Assembly (NCBI GenBank): GCA_025451845.1 | Contig: JANWJS010000028.1 | Location: forward strand, 28,189-92,188 | Source of the DNA: Steroidobacteraceae bacterium | GTDB taxonomy: Bacteria > Pseudomonadota > Gammaproteobacteria > Steroidobacterales > Steroidobacteraceae | DNA: 64,000 nucleotides | Reading direction: 5' to 3' | Shown here: positions 20,684-30,787 of the stretch, in pieces | Position numbering within the stretch: position 1 is the stretch's first letter | Layout of the letters: every line of letters begins with the position of its first letter | Translations under genes and position numbers: made by a program | Notes under the pieces: model-generated | The model's database searches: none | The model's input: only the letters and a program-made list of their open reading frames with translations | What the model was told of the DNA's origin: nothing

Positions 20684-21124
20684 TCAATGCACCCCGAGCT
20701 GATTGAGGTCAGGCTCGGTGATGAAGGCAACCTTGACCATCCCGCCGCGCTGCAGCTCGTACAGAACGTGACCGATGAACTTGTAGCTGGCCTGCCTGTC
20801 GCCGCGGATGTGGATCTCCGGCTGCGGGACCCTCACGGCCTGCTGCTCGATCATGGTCAACAGCTGATCGCTGCTCGGGACCATTTTGTCGTCCCAATAA
20901 ACGTTGCCCGCCGCGTCCACCGCGATGGTGATGTCCTGGGGCTTGGTCTGCGTCGGAATGTTGTTGGCATTCGGCAGCTTGACGCTCACCGTCTTGGTGA
21001 TCACGGGGATGGTGATGAGAAAGATGATGAGCAGCACCAGCATGACGTCGACGAGCGGCGTCGTATTGATGGTTGCCATCACGCTCGGCTCTTCTTCCGA
21101 GCTTTGTCCGACAGTCATGGCCAT
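20684..21124 (-). CDS. exbD: Biopolymer transport protein ExbD/TolR (first copy)
   Basis: ...TINTTPLVDVMLVLLIIFLITIP... ExbD signature. 146 aa. Confidence 0.85.
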   Translation of the reverse strand: MAMTVGQSSEEEPSVMATINTTPLVDVMLVLLIIFLITIPVITKTVSVKLPNANNIPTQTKPQDITIAVDAAGNVYWDDKMVPSSDQLLTMIEQQAVRVPQPEIHIRGDRQASYKFIGHVLYELQRGGMVKVAFITEPDLNQLGVH

Positions 21125-21274
21125 AAGGAAAGGCTCCTCACGCGTCGCTCAGCAAGCCGGGCGCCCGCGTGGCGGTGGGCAAATCAGTCAAAGCGATCAG
21201 GTCGGCCCGACGGGCCGGCCCCGCGCCGCGCGCGGAGCCGGCCCTGCGGCACTCTCGTGATTTCGACTCGTCTC

Positions 21275-22024
21275 TCACTTGCGGACGGCGGCGGCAGGCG
21301 CGGCCGTCGGGCGCGCACCACCACCCATCTCGGGGCCGGTGCTCACACGCGCACCGCTGACGAGAAAGGCGTGCAGGTCGCCCGCGAAATTGCGCAGCGC
21401 ATCCTGCAGGACCTTGTTGCGGCCGAGCAGCCAGTTGTAGCCCCAGACCGCCGGGACGGCGACGAAGAGGCCGAGCGCGGTCATGATGAGTGCGCCACCG
21501 ACAGGGCCTGCGACCTTGTCGATGCTCGCCTGGCCGGCGAGGCCGATCGCGATGAGGGCGTTCATCACGCCCCACACCGTACCGAAGAGGCCGACGAACG
21601 GAGCCGAGGAGCCCACCGTGGCGAGGAAGCCCAGGCCCTTTGACATGTTGCTGTTGACCTGGTCGACGGAGCGCTGCAGCGACATGGTGACCCACTCGTG
21701 CATGTCGATGCGGTCGGTGAGACGGCCCTCATGGTGCGACACGGCGCGCAGACCATCCTCCGCGACGGCGCGGAAGTTGTCGCCCTTCTTCAGGCGCTCT
21801 ACGCCGTCCTTGACGGAAGGCGCGGACCAGAATTGCTTCTCCGCGGCGCGAGCGGATTTCTTGAGCCGGCGCTGATCCCACAGCTTCGTCAGGATGATGT
21901 ACCAGGACATCAACGACATGAGGAGCAGCAGGAGGACGACGCCTTGAGCGACGATATCGCCGGAATTCAGGATACCCGTCAGGCCGTACGGGTTGTTGAC
22001 GGTTGAGACTGCTTGATTACCCAT
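21275..22024 (-). CDS. exbB: MotA/TolQ/ExbB proton channel protein
   Basis: 249 aa with three TM segments. Contains ...LATVGSSAPFVGLFGTVWGVMNA..., typical of ExbB/TolQ. Confidence 0.85.
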   Translation of the reverse strand: MGNQAVSTVNNPYGLTGILNSGDIVAQGVVLLLLLMSLMSWYIILTKLWDQRRLKKSARAAEKQFWSAPSVKDGVERLKKGDNFRAVAEDGLRAVSHHEGRLTDRIDMHEWVTMSLQRSVDQVNSNMSKGLGFLATVGSSAPFVGLFGTVWGVMNALIAIGLAGQASIDKVAGPVGGALIMTALGLFVAVPAVWGYNWLLGRNKVLQDALRNFAGDLHAFLVSGARVSTGPEMGGGARPTAAPAAAVRK

Positions 22025-22103
22025 ATTTTCCTCGAATCACGAAAGGGCCGCGGTGGTGGTTGCGGCTTCGACAGGCGGAGACATCAGTGAGAGACAACGA
22101 ACG

Positions 22104-22739
22104 TTAGAACGAATCGGTCAGCTGGAACTTGATCGGCAGAGCGGTGCACACCGTCACCGCCGCGCCGTTGCGGGTCTCCGGCTCGAAGTGGCCGGAGGTG
22201 GCTCTGGCATAGCGCATGGCCGCCTGATCGAGGCGCGAGCTGCCGGAGCTCCTCTGGATCTGCGGATCGCCGACGAGGCGGCCCCCGGCGCCGATGCAGA
22301 GTTTCACGAAGGCGGTCCCCTGCTCGCCGAGGCGGCGGGAGGCGTCCGGGTAGTAGTCATCGGTCGAAGGGAAATCCTTCGCGATCGCCCGCAGAGCCGT
22401 GACGTGCGCGGGAGCCGGCGGCGGAGCGGCATGCGGCACTTTCTTCACCACGGTGATGGCGTGGGTCTGCGACTCCTGCGGGACGTTGATGTTGATCACC
22501 GGCGGCGGGACCTCCACCTGCTGCTTCTGCAGCTGCGGCGGCGGCGGCGGCGGCGGCTTCAGCTGCTCCTTGGTCTGCTGCACGATATTGGTTTGGATGG
22601 GCGGCGCCACCATCTGAATGGCCCGGCTGGCCAGACCGGTCGCCAGCACCCATATAAGAAATATGTGCAGGGCGACGATGGCGAAAAGGACGACGGTGCG
22701 TCGTGTGAGGATCTGGGTGTCTTGTACGTAAGCGCTCAT
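22104..22739 (-). CDS. tonB: Energy transducer TonB
   Basis: N-terminal TM, a Pro-rich spacer (KPPPPPPPQLQKQQVEVPPPV) and a C-terminal TonB domain. It heads the exbB-exbD-exbD string. Confidence 0.85.
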   Translation of the reverse strand: MSAYVQDTQILTRRTVVLFAIVALHIFLIWVLATGLASRAIQMVAPPIQTNIVQQTKEQLKPPPPPPPQLQKQQVEVPPPVININVPQESQTHAITVVKKVPHAAPPPAPAHVTALRAIAKDFPSTDDYYPDASRRLGEQGTAFVKLCIGAGGRLVGDPQIQRSSGSSRLDQAAMRYARATSGHFEPETRNGAAVTVCTALPIKFQLTDSF

Positions 22740-23043
22740 GAGTAGCTGGTGAGGCGTCGCTGTTGCAAGTCCGCAATGGCTGGGTCGAAACGTAAGCGGT
22801 GCAAAGTAACCGTCTTTCTATCTGCCCGCAAGCGGTCCAATCCGGATGGCGCGTGCGCCCTTCCCGGAGCTGACGCGCACGTATGGCTCAATCCCCTTAT
22901 TAAGTAATTCAGTGTCGCTGCGCCTACCAGGCACGGAGCCTTGGGCGCGCGCCGTCCGCATCGGTGGACGCGGTAGCGAACTCTAACCGGTGCTCTGCGA
23001 GGTGACAACTGCGTGACGCTTCTCTGCCTGAACCGCGATTAAG

Positions 23044-24840
23044 CTAGCGCGCCCTCGGCCGGCCCGTCGCAGGCCCCGGTCCGGTTACGGCACCGCCGGA
23101 GGCGCTGCCGACGAGGTGGGCGTACTTGGCCAATACCCCGGTCGTGGTGAAGGGCCTGCGCGGCTTCCACGCCGCACTTCGCCGGCGCAGCTCCGCCGCG
23201 GAAAGGTCCACCCGAATCTCCCGCCGCACCGCATCGATCGTGATCTGGTCCCCGTTGCGCAGCAATCCGATAGGGCCACCCACCGCCGCCTCGGGCGCAA
23301 TGTGCCCGACCACGAAACCGTGGCTACCGCCGGAAAAGCGGCCGTCGGTGATCAGCGCGACCTTGTCCGCTAGGCCGCGGCCGACTATGGCACCCGTAGG
23401 ACTCAGCATTTCGCGCATGCCAGGACCGCCGACCGGACCCTCATAGCGGATGACGACGATATCGCCCGCTCGCACGTGCCCGGAAAGGATGGCCGCGGTC
23501 GCCCGCTCCTCGCCATCGAAAACCCGGGCAATACCGCTGAAAGCCTCGCCTTCCTTCCCCGAGATCTTGGCGACCGCGCCCCCGGGGGCCACGTTCCCGT
23601 ACAGCACGACGAGGTGGCTGTCCTTCCTGAGCGGCCGTGATAGCGGCCGCACGATGTCCTGCCCAGCAACATACGTGCCTGTTTCCGCGAGATTTTCCGC
23701 CAGCGTGCGGCCCGTGACGGTAAGGCATCCGCCGTGCAGCAGCCCGGCGTCGAGCAGCATTTTCATGAGCGGCTGAATGCCCCCAATGGCCACGAGCTCG
23801 GACATCAGGTAGCGGCCGCTGGGCTTGAGGTCCGCGAGCACCGGCACTCTCCTGCCTATTCGAGTGAAATCATCCAGGTGAAGTTTCACCCCCGCATCGT
23901 GAGCGATCGCCAGCAGATGCAGCACCGCGTTGGTCGAGCCCCCGAGCGCGATTGCCACGGTGATCGCATTCTCGAACGCCTTGCGAGTCAGGATGTCGCG
24001 CGGCCGGATGCCTTCCTGCACCAGCGCGACGACCGCCTCGCCGGCGCGGCGGCAGTCGGCACGCTTCTCCGCGCTCACCGCCTCCTGGGCGGAGCTGCCG
24101 GGCAGCGACAGGCCGAGCGCCTCGATGGCCGAAGCCATGGTGTTGGCGGTGTACATGCCGCCGCAGCTTCCCGGTCCCGGAATGGCCGTGCGCTCGACTT
24201 CCGCGAGCTGCTCGTCATCGATCTTGCCCGCAGCGCGGGCGCCTACCGCCTCGAACACCGCCACGATATCGCGCCGGGCCGCCCCAGGTCGGATGGTGCC
24301 GCCGTAGACGAAGACCGAGGGGCGGTTCAGCCGTGCCATGGCCATGGCGCAGCCGGGCATATTCTTGTCGCAACCGCCAATGGCGAGGAACCCGTCGAAG
24401 CCCTCGGCCCCGACCACTGTCTCGATCGAATCCGCGATCACTTCCCGCGAGACCAGGGAGTAGCGCATTCCCGGCGAGCCCATGGCGATGCCGTCGGAAA
24501 CGGTGATGGTATTGAAGAGGACGCCCTTGGCACCCGCAGCATCGACAGCGGCGATCGCCTCGCGGGCGAGCTCCCCGATATGCATGTTGCACGGTGTTAC
24601 ATTCGCCCACGTCGAAGCAACGCCGACCTGTGGCTTGGAGAAGTCATCGTCCTTGAACCCGACGGCGCGTAGCATGGCGCGCGATGGCGTCTGCTTGATT
24701 CCATCGACCACCAGCCGCGAATGCTCGCGCGGATCTACCCCTGCGCTGCGCGCAGGTCTTGGCGGGGTCCGCGAAGCGCGAACCCCGTCCGCGGTGCGGC
24801 GCGAGGACGCGCCGGAGGAACGGGTCTTCTTTTCCGTCAC
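23044..24840 (-). CDS. ilvD: Dihydroxy-acid dehydratase
   Basis: ...[37 protein letters not shown]... and the rest are colinear with short-form IlvD. The only upstream start (GTG 24840) adds a roughly 35-aa Arg/Ser/Pro-rich N-terminal extension. Confidence 0.9.
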   Translation of the reverse strand: MTEKKTRSSGASSRRTADGVRASRTPPRPARSAGVDPREHSRLVVDGIKQTPSRAMLRAVGFKDDDFSKPQVGVASTWANVTPCNMHIGELAREAIAAVDAAGAKGVLFNTITVSDGIAMGSPGMRYSLVSREVIADSIETVVGAEGFDGFLAIGGCDKNMPGCAMAMARLNRPSVFVYGGTIRPGAARRDIVAVFEAVGARAAGKIDDEQLAEVERTAIPGPGSCGGMYTANTMASAIEALGLSLPGSSAQEAVSAEKRADCRRAGEAVVALVQEGIRPRDILTRKAFENAITVAIALGGSTNAVLHLLAIAHDAGVKLHLDDFTRIGRRVPVLADLKPSGRYLMSELVAIGGIQPLMKMLLDAGLLHGGCLTVTGRTLAENLAETGTYVAGQDIVRPLSRPLRKDSHLVVLYGNVAPGGAVAKISGKEGEAFSGIARVFDGEERATAAILSGHVRAGDIVVIRYEGPVGGPGMREMLSPTGAIVGRGLADKVALITDGRFSGGSHGFVVGHIAPEAAVGGPIGLLRNGDQITIDAVRREIRVDLSAAELRRRSAAWKPRRPFTTTGVLAKYAHLVGSASGGAVTGPGPATGRPRAR

Positions 24841-24857
24841 GGTCTATCTTGCAGGTG

Positions 24858-26354
24858 CTAGCCGCTTAGCTTAGCACTGTAGCGCGACCGTATCAGCTGG
24901 AAGAGGCTGCGTACGCATTGGGCCTCGGCTCCGACCGGCCGTCCCGGCCGCTCCTTGCCGTTCCATCCGTAGAGATCGAGATGTAACCAATCGCTCGTCT
25001 CCGTGACGAAGCGCTTCAGGAAGAGCGCGGCGATGATGGATCCGGCGAATGGCGTCGCTGACACGTTGCCGAGATCGGCGACTTTGCTGGCGAGATCGTC
25101 GTCGTATCCCGGCCAAAGCGGCAGCGGCCAGACCGGATCGCACTCTTCTTCCCCCTGCCGGCGCAACGCCTGCAGCAGGGCTTCGTTCGGCGAGTACGCG
25201 GCGGGCAGCTCCGGACCGAGCGCCGTGCGCGCGGCGCCCGTCAGCGTTGCAAGATCAATGAGGAGGTCCGGCCGGTCGACGTCGGCTTCCGCAAGTGCAT
25301 CGGCCAGCACTAGCCGCCCCTCGGCATCGGTATTGCCGACCTCCACCGTCAATCCCTTGCGTGAGCGCAAAACGTCGCCGGGACGGTATGCGGCTCCCCC
25401 GATACTGTTCTCCACGGCGGGAATGAGGACCCGAAGCTGCACGGGGACCCCAAGTCGCATGACGAGGTCGGCGAGGCCGAGCGCGCACGCGGCGCCGCCC
25501 ATGTCTTTTTTCATCAGGAGCATTCCGGCCGAGGGCTTGAGGTCGAGGCCCCCGGTGTCGAAACACACCCCCTTGCCGACCAGGGTCACGCGCGGCGCGT
25601 CGCGCTCGCCCCAGCGCAAGTCTACGAGCCGCGGCTCGCGCGCACTCGCGGCGCCAACGGCGCGCAGCATCGGGTAGCCCGCGAGCTCGCCGCCCGTCAG
25701 CACCTGACAGCGCGCGCCGTGACTTCTCGCCACATCCAGGGCCGCCTCAGCCAGCTCTTCGGGCCCGAGATCGTTGGCGGGAGTATTGATCAGATCGCGA
25801 GCGAGCGCGGTGGCGCGCGCTGCCGCGGCGGCATACTCGAGATCGGCCCCCGCCGGCGGTACCAGCGCGGCTCGTGGCGGCTCGGACCCATTGAGACGAT
25901 ACCGGCTCATCCGATAGCCGCCCATGAGCCATCCGAGCAAGAGGCGGGTGGCGGCGGGCGCCGGCAGGGGTGTGGCGAGATGCCAGGATTGCCCGGGAAG
26001 CCGGTCGGACAACCCCGCGGCATGCCAAACAGTGAGGTCGCGCGCGCTGCCGAGCGCACCCAGGCCGGCGACCGCGCCCCCGATGCCGCCCTCCGCGGAC
26101 GGCAAGCTGAGGACGCGGTGTCGCTCCGCCTGGAAACCGTGGCCCCGCACCCACGCGACCACCGGGGCGGGCTGGCTGGCGAGCCAGCTCTGCAGCTCCC
26201 CTTCCGCCACCACCCAGAGCGGCCGGCTGTCGGCCGGATCGGCGCTCAGCAACATCTCTTGGGACACGGGGACGAGCATAGCGGACGCGCCATCACGTTG
26301 ACAAAGTCGCCACGAATGTGCTGACATCGGCCTCATCATTCGCCCTTTTGGCAT
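24858..26354 (-). CDS. M17-family leucyl aminopeptidase-like metallopeptidase
   Basis: M17 signature ...VGNTDAEGRLVLADAL... and conserved catalytic-domain blocks. The start is uncertain: ATG 26354 has an AAGGA SD, and ATG 26279 is the alternative. It stops 17 nt upstream of ilvD. Confidence 0.8.
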   Translation of the reverse strand: MPKGRMMRPMSAHSWRLCQRDGASAMLVPVSQEMLLSADPADSRPLWVVAEGELQSWLASQPAPVVAWVRGHGFQAERHRVLSLPSAEGGIGGAVAGLGALGSARDLTVWHAAGLSDRLPGQSWHLATPLPAPAATRLLLGWLMGGYRMSRYRLNGSEPPRAALVPPAGADLEYAAAAARATALARDLINTPANDLGPEELAEAALDVARSHGARCQVLTGGELAGYPMLRAVGAASAREPRLVDLRWGERDAPRVTLVGKGVCFDTGGLDLKPSAGMLLMKKDMGGAACALGLADLVMRLGVPVQLRVLIPAVENSIGGAAYRPGDVLRSRKGLTVEVGNTDAEGRLVLADALAEADVDRPDLLIDLATLTGAARTALGPELPAAYSPNEALLQALRRQGEEECDPVWPLPLWPGYDDDLASKVADLGNVSATPFAGSIIAALFLKRFVTETSDWLHLDLYGWNGKERPGRPVGAEAQCVRSLFQLIRSRYSAKLSG

Positions 26355-26406
26355 TCAATCCTTAATCCCCGGACACCCAGCCGTGGCAGCCGCAACAGAG
26401 AGAGAC

Positions 26407-26520
26407 GTGAGCTGCGCAGCGTATACGACGCCGCGCGCCACCCTGCATCCTCTGCTGGCACTGCCTATTGGAAAGCTGCTCCTGGCGAGCAGCCGGTGCG
26501 GGGATCTCGCGCACGCCTGA
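26407..26520 (+). CDS. Candidate Leu-rich leader peptide (37 codons) of an ilvC-leu attenuator
   Basis: GTG 26407 to TGA 26518-26520 reads MSCAAYTTPRATLHPLLALPIGKLLLASSRCGDLAHA. It has 7 Leu, including a CTG-CTC-CTG run at 26476-26484. Followed by alternative helices and a terminator. Hand-translated; not in the ORF track because it is too short. Confidence 0.35.
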   Translation: MSCAAYTTPRATLHPLLALPIGKLLLASSRCGDLAHA

Positions 26521-26552
26521 GGACGACTCAAGCAGAGTGAGAAAAGACACCA

Positions 26553-26597
26553 GACCCCGCACCGGCAAACACCGATGCGGGGTCGTTGCTTTTTATT
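26553..26597 (+). terminator. Intrinsic-terminator-like hairpin (attenuator terminator) upstream of ilvC
   Basis: GACCCCGCA (26553-26561) pairs with TGCGGGGTC (26576-26584). The stem is extendable by CGG/CCG inside the loop and is followed by GTTGCTTTTTATT. The U-tract is offset by 5 nt from the stem. Confidence 0.55.
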
Positions 26598-26626
26598 GGG
26601 CTATCTTCTATTGGCCAAACCGGCCT

Positions 26627-26710
26627 GGCGGCCGTTTGGCGGATTTGACTGGCAGGACCCTTATGCCTGCAAGCCGTCCGCTACTCGCTTCACGGGCGGC
26701 CGTTTGGCGG
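26627..26710 (+). repeat. Two copies of a 16-bp direct repeat GGCGGCCGTTTGGCGG in the ilvC 5' region
   Basis: Exact copies at 26627-26642 and 26695-26710. The first copy forms the 3' arm of a hairpin with GCCAAACCGGCC (26613-26624). Confidence 0.6.
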
Positions 26711-26744
26711 TCTTGCCTTCGAAACTGTTTTGCATGTCGGGAGA

Positions 26745-27746
26745 ATGATGATGAGGCTCTATTCGCAGAAAGACGTCGACAAGAAAGCCTTGCGCGGCGC
26801 GCGCATCGCGGTGCTCGGCTACGGCAGCCAGGGCCGCGCACATGCCCTGAACCTTAAGGACAGCGGCTTTGATGTCGTCGTCGGAGTGCGTAAGGGAGGC
26901 AAGGGTTGGAAGAAGGCGAAAAAGGACGGCCTGGAGGTTGCGGAGCCGGGAGCTGCGGCGCGCGGCGCCGACCTCGTCGCGATGCTGGTGCCGGACCTGG
27001 CCCAGAAGTCACTCTATGAGGACGTCAAGGCGGCGCTGAAATCCGGCGCGACCCTGCTCTTCGCGCACGGATTCAACATCCACTTCAAGCAGATCAAGCC
27101 ACGCAAGGACCTGGACGTGGTGCTCATCGCCCCGAAGGGACCGGGCGATCTGGTGCGCCGGCAATATCAGCAAGGGCGCGGCGTGCCTTGCTTGATCGCG
27201 GTCGCCCAGGACGCGACCGGCAAAGCCCACCGGAAGGCGCTCGCGTATTCCCACGGCATCGGCGGCACGCGCGGCGGCGTGCTCGAGACGACTTTCGCGG
27301 AGGAAACCGAGACCGACCTCTTCGGTGAGCAGGCGGTGCTCTGCGGCGGGGCGACGGAGCTCGTCGTCAAGGGCTTCGAGACTTTGGTCGAGGCCGGCTA
27401 TCAGCCTGAAGTCGCCTACTACGAATGCCTGCACGAGCTGAAGCTCATCGTCGACCTGCTGCACGAGGGGGGGTTGCGCAAGATGCACGAGTTCATCAGC
27501 GAGACCGCGAAGTACGGTGATCTCACGCGCGGCCCGCGCATCGTCAACGACCGGGTCAAGAACGAGATGCGCAAGGTGCTGAAGGAAGTCCAGACGGGCA
27601 AGTTCGCCCGCCAGTGGATCGAGGAGAACGCCAACGGGCGCAAGGGCTACCAGAAGCTGCTGCAGAACGACATCGAGCATCAGATCGAGAAAGTCGGCGA
27701 GGCATTGCGCGCCCGCATGCCGTGGCTCAATGAAAAGCGCGCCTGA
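26745..27746 (+). CDS. ilvC: Ketol-acid reductoisomerase (class I)
   Basis: ...[21 protein letters not shown]... NADPH-binding motif, class I length. Three consecutive ATGs at 26745-26753 follow a GGGAGA SD, so the exact start is ambiguous. Confidence 0.92.
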   Translation: MMMRLYSQKDVDKKALRGARIAVLGYGSQGRAHALNLKDSGFDVVVGVRKGGKGWKKAKKDGLEVAEPGAAARGADLVAMLVPDLAQKSLYEDVKAALKSGATLLFAHGFNIHFKQIKPRKDLDVVLIAPKGPGDLVRRQYQQGRGVPCLIAVAQDATGKAHRKALAYSHGIGGTRGGVLETTFAEETETDLFGEQAVLCGGATELVVKGFETLVEAGYQPEVAYYECLHELKLIVDLLHEGGLRKMHEFISETAKYGDLTRGPRIVNDRVKNEMRKVLKEVQTGKFARQWIEENANGRKGYQKLLQNDIEHQIEKVGEALRARMPWLNEKRA

Positions 27747-27777
27747 AACGCGGTGGCACGATTCCAGGAGACATCAC

Positions 27778-29358
27778 ATGGCTCCCCAACCTGACCGAGT
27801 GCTGATCTTCGATACCACGCTGCGCGATGGGGAACAGTCCCCAGGCTGCAGCATGACGCGCCCGGAGAAGCTGCGCGTGGCACGCGCGCTGGCGGAGCTG
27901 GGGGTCGATGTCATCGAGGCGGGCTTTCCCGCCGCCTCCAAGGGAGATTGGGAGAGCGTGCAGGCCGTGGCGCGCGAGGTCCCCGGCCCCATCATCGCCG
28001 GACTCGCCCGCTGCAATCGTGAGGACATCGAGCTCGCTGCGCGGGCGCTTGCGGATGCGCCCCGGCGACGGGTCCATGTGTTCCTCGCGACCAGCGCCAT
28101 CCACCGCCAATACAAGCTCAACATGGCGCAGGAGGAAATCCTGCGCACGGCCGTCGCGGGCGTGAAGCTCGCCAGAGAGCTATGCGAGGACGTGGAGTTC
28201 TCTCCCGAGGATGCCTCGCGCACGGAGCTCGAGTTCCTGGCGCAGGTGGTCGAGGCGGCCATCGAGGCCGGCGCTAGCACGGTGAACATTCCCGATACGG
28301 TCGGATACACGGTACCCGATGAATTCGCCGAGCTCTTCCGCTATCTGCGCAAGAACGTGCGCGGCATCGACCGCATTCGGCTCTCCGTCCACTGCCACGA
28401 CGACCTCGGAATGGCGGTCGCCAACAGCCTGACCGCGGTGGTGGCGGGCGCACGCCAGGTGGAGTGCACCATCAATGGCATTGGCGAGCGCGCCGGCAAC
28501 TGCTCGCTCGAGGAAGTGGTCATGGCCCTGAAGACACGCTCAGCGTTCTTCAACGTCACCACTGGTATCCAGACTAATCGTCTTTATCCGACGTCACGGC
28601 TGGTTTCGAGCATCACCGGCATGACGGTGCCGCGCAACAAGGCCGTCGTCGGCGAGAATGCGTTCGCCCACGAGGCCGGAATCCATCAGCACGGTGTACT
28701 TCGTCACCACTCGACGTACGAGATCCTCCGTCCCGAGGACGTGGGACTCTCCCGCAGCAACTTGGTGCTGGGAAAGCACAGCGGGCGTCATGCCTTCCGC
28801 GATCGCGTGAAGGCTCTCGGATTCGAGCTGGATGAAGCCGAGCTCAACCGGGTATTCGAGGAATTCAAAGCCCTGGCCGACAAGAAGAAGGAGCTGTTCG
28901 ACGGCGACATCGAGGCGCTGGTGCTGCGCGCGGAAGGCACCGCCTCCGGTCCCTGGAGCCTCACCAGCCTCGACACCATGGCCGCGAGCAACGCGCCTGC
29001 GACTGCGATGGTACAGCTGCGGCATACGGATGGCCGGACGGTGGAGCGCAAGGCCTCCGGTGACGGTCCCGTCGACGCGGCCTTCAAGGCGATCGAGACC
29101 GCGACCGGCATCAGCGTGATGTTGCGCAAGTTCGAGATCCGGGGTGTCACGGAAGGTGAGGATGCGCAGGGCGAAGCGGTGGTTTACGTGGAGTACAACC
29201 AACGCAGCTACCGCGGCTCGAGCGTGAGCACCAACATCGTCGAGTCGAGCACGAAGGCATTCCTCGAGGTCATCAATCGCATCGAGCTGGCGCAGGCCGG
29301 CACCCGCTCGCGCGAGGAGCGCAGCGGCGCGGGGCGGGCGGCTCAGGCCACGGTCTAG
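27778..29358 (+). CDS. leuA: 2-isopropylmalate synthase
   Basis: ...[16 protein letters not shown]... and [14 protein letters not shown] motifs. ATG 27778 is preceded by an AGGAG SD. The track start at 27730 overlaps the ilvC end. Confidence 0.9.
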   Translation: MAPQPDRVLIFDTTLRDGEQSPGCSMTRPEKLRVARALAELGVDVIEAGFPAASKGDWESVQAVAREVPGPIIAGLARCNREDIELAARALADAPRRRVHVFLATSAIHRQYKLNMAQEEILRTAVAGVKLARELCEDVEFSPEDASRTELEFLAQVVEAAIEAGASTVNIPDTVGYTVPDEFAELFRYLRKNVRGIDRIRLSVHCHDDLGMAVANSLTAVVAGARQVECTINGIGERAGNCSLEEVVMALKTRSAFFNVTTGIQTNRLYPTSRLVSSITGMTVPRNKAVVGENAFAHEAGIHQHGVLRHHSTYEILRPEDVGLSRSNLVLGKHSGRHAFRDRVKALGFELDEAELNRVFEEFKALADKKKELFDGDIEALVLRAEGTASGPWSLTSLDTMAASNAPATAMVQLRHTDGRTVERKASGDGPVDAAFKAIETATGISVMLRKFEIRGVTEGEDAQGEAVVYVEYNQRSYRGSSVSTNIVESSTKAFLEVINRIELAQAGTRSREERSGAGRAAQATV

Positions 29359-29371
29359 GAGAGCGGTGCCC

Positions 29372-30775
29372 ATGGATTCCCCCCAGACTCTGTTCGAGAA
29401 AGTGTGGCGCCCCCATGAGGTGGCGGCGGAGACTCCCGACACACCGGCCATCCTCTACATCGACCTGCACCTCATTCACGAGGTGACCTCACCGCAGGCT
29501 TTCACGGTGCTGCGCGAGCGGGGACTCGGGGTGCGCCGGCCGGAGCTGACATTCGCCACCATGGACCACTCCACGCCAACCCGCACGGAGCAAGTTTTCG
29601 GCGGGGCACCCATTGCCATCGAGGCGGCCGCCCGGCAAGTCCGCGAGCTCGAGGTCAACTGCCACGCCTTCGGCGTGGAGCTACTGGGGCTGCGCCACGC
29701 GCGCCGCGGCATCGTGCACGTCATCGGACCGGAGCTCGGGCTCACGCAACCGGGCAAGACCGTGGTCTGCGGCGACAGCCATACGAGCACGCACGGGGCC
29801 CTCGGTGCGCTCGCGTTCGGCATCGGCACCACGGAGGTGGGCCATGTACTCGCCACGCAGTGCCTGCTGCAAAAAAAGCCGCGCACCCTGGCCATCAACG
29901 TGAACGGTAGGCTCGCGGCCGGTGTCACCGCGAAGGACCTGATTCTCGCCATCATCGGCACGATCGGCGTCGCCGGCGGCACGGGTTTCGTCATCGAGTA
30001 TCGCGGCGCAACCATCAGGGCTCTCGACATGGACGAGCGCATGACGGTCTGCAACATGTCGATCGAGGCCGGCGCGCGCGCCGGCATGATCGCGCCGGAC
30101 GAGACCACCTACGCCTATCTCGCCGGCCGCCTGCGCGTACCGCAGGGCGAGGCCTGGGAGCAGGCGCTCGAGGAGTGGCGGCAGCTTCCGACCGATGCGG
30201 GTGCGCGGTTCGACAAGGAGATCGACATCGACGCTGCGGCTCTCGAGCCGATGGTCACCTACGGCACCAACCCCGGCATGGTCATCCCGATCTCGGGCTC
30301 GATTCCGCAGCGCCCGGGCGATGCGATGTTCGCGAAATCCCTCGCCTACATGGGATTCGAGCCGGGACGTCCCGTCGCCGAGCAGCCGGTCAACGTCGTT
30401 TTCGTCGGCAGCTGCACCAACGGGCGCCTCTCCGATCTGCGCGATGCGGCCTCGCTCCTGCGCGGGCGCAAGGTGGCTCCGGGGGTGCAGATGCTGGTGG
30501 TGCCGGGTTCGAAAGAGGTCAAGCGCGCGGCGGAGGCGGAAGGCCTGCACACGGTGTTTCTCGAGGCGGGAGCGGAGTGGCGCGAGCCGGGCTGCTCGAT
30601 GTGCCTCGGGATGAACGGAGACCTCGTGCCGAAGGGGCAGTATGCGGTCAGCACCAGCAATCGCAATTTCGAGGGCCGCCAAGGCGTGGGCGCACGCACG
30701 CTGCTGGCGAGCCCGCTGACAGCCGCGGCGTCCGCTGTGCGCGGACGAGTCACCGACCCGCGCGAGTTGCTGTAG
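29372..30775 (+). CDS. leuC: 3-isopropylmalate dehydratase large subunit
   Basis: ...[12 protein letters not shown]...[17 protein letters not shown]... and the aconitase-family Cys ligands ([15 protein letters not shown]). Confidence 0.92.
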   Translation: MDSPQTLFEKVWRPHEVAAETPDTPAILYIDLHLIHEVTSPQAFTVLRERGLGVRRPELTFATMDHSTPTRTEQVFGGAPIAIEAAARQVRELEVNCHAFGVELLGLRHARRGIVHVIGPELGLTQPGKTVVCGDSHTSTHGALGALAFGIGTTEVGHVLATQCLLQKKPRTLAINVNGRLAAGVTAKDLILAIIGTIGVAGGTGFVIEYRGATIRALDMDERMTVCNMSIEAGARAGMIAPDETTYAYLAGRLRVPQGEAWEQALEEWRQLPTDAGARFDKEIDIDAAALEPMVTYGTNPGMVIPISGSIPQRPGDAMFAKSLAYMGFEPGRPVAEQPVNVVFVGSCTNGRLSDLRDAASLLRGRKVAPGVQMLVVPGSKEVKRAAEAEGLHTVFLEAGAEWREPGCSMCLGMNGDLVPKGQYAVSTSNRNFEGRQGVGARTLLASPLTAAASAVRGRVTDPRELL

Positions 30776-30787
30776 GAGCCGCCAACA

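Noticed and set aside
22897-22913. AT-rich TTATTAAGTAATTCAGT patch upstream of tonB, considered as a Fur box.
   Set aside because: It has only a loose resemblance to GATAATGATAATCATTATC and lies about 160 bp from the start codon. That is not enough to call.
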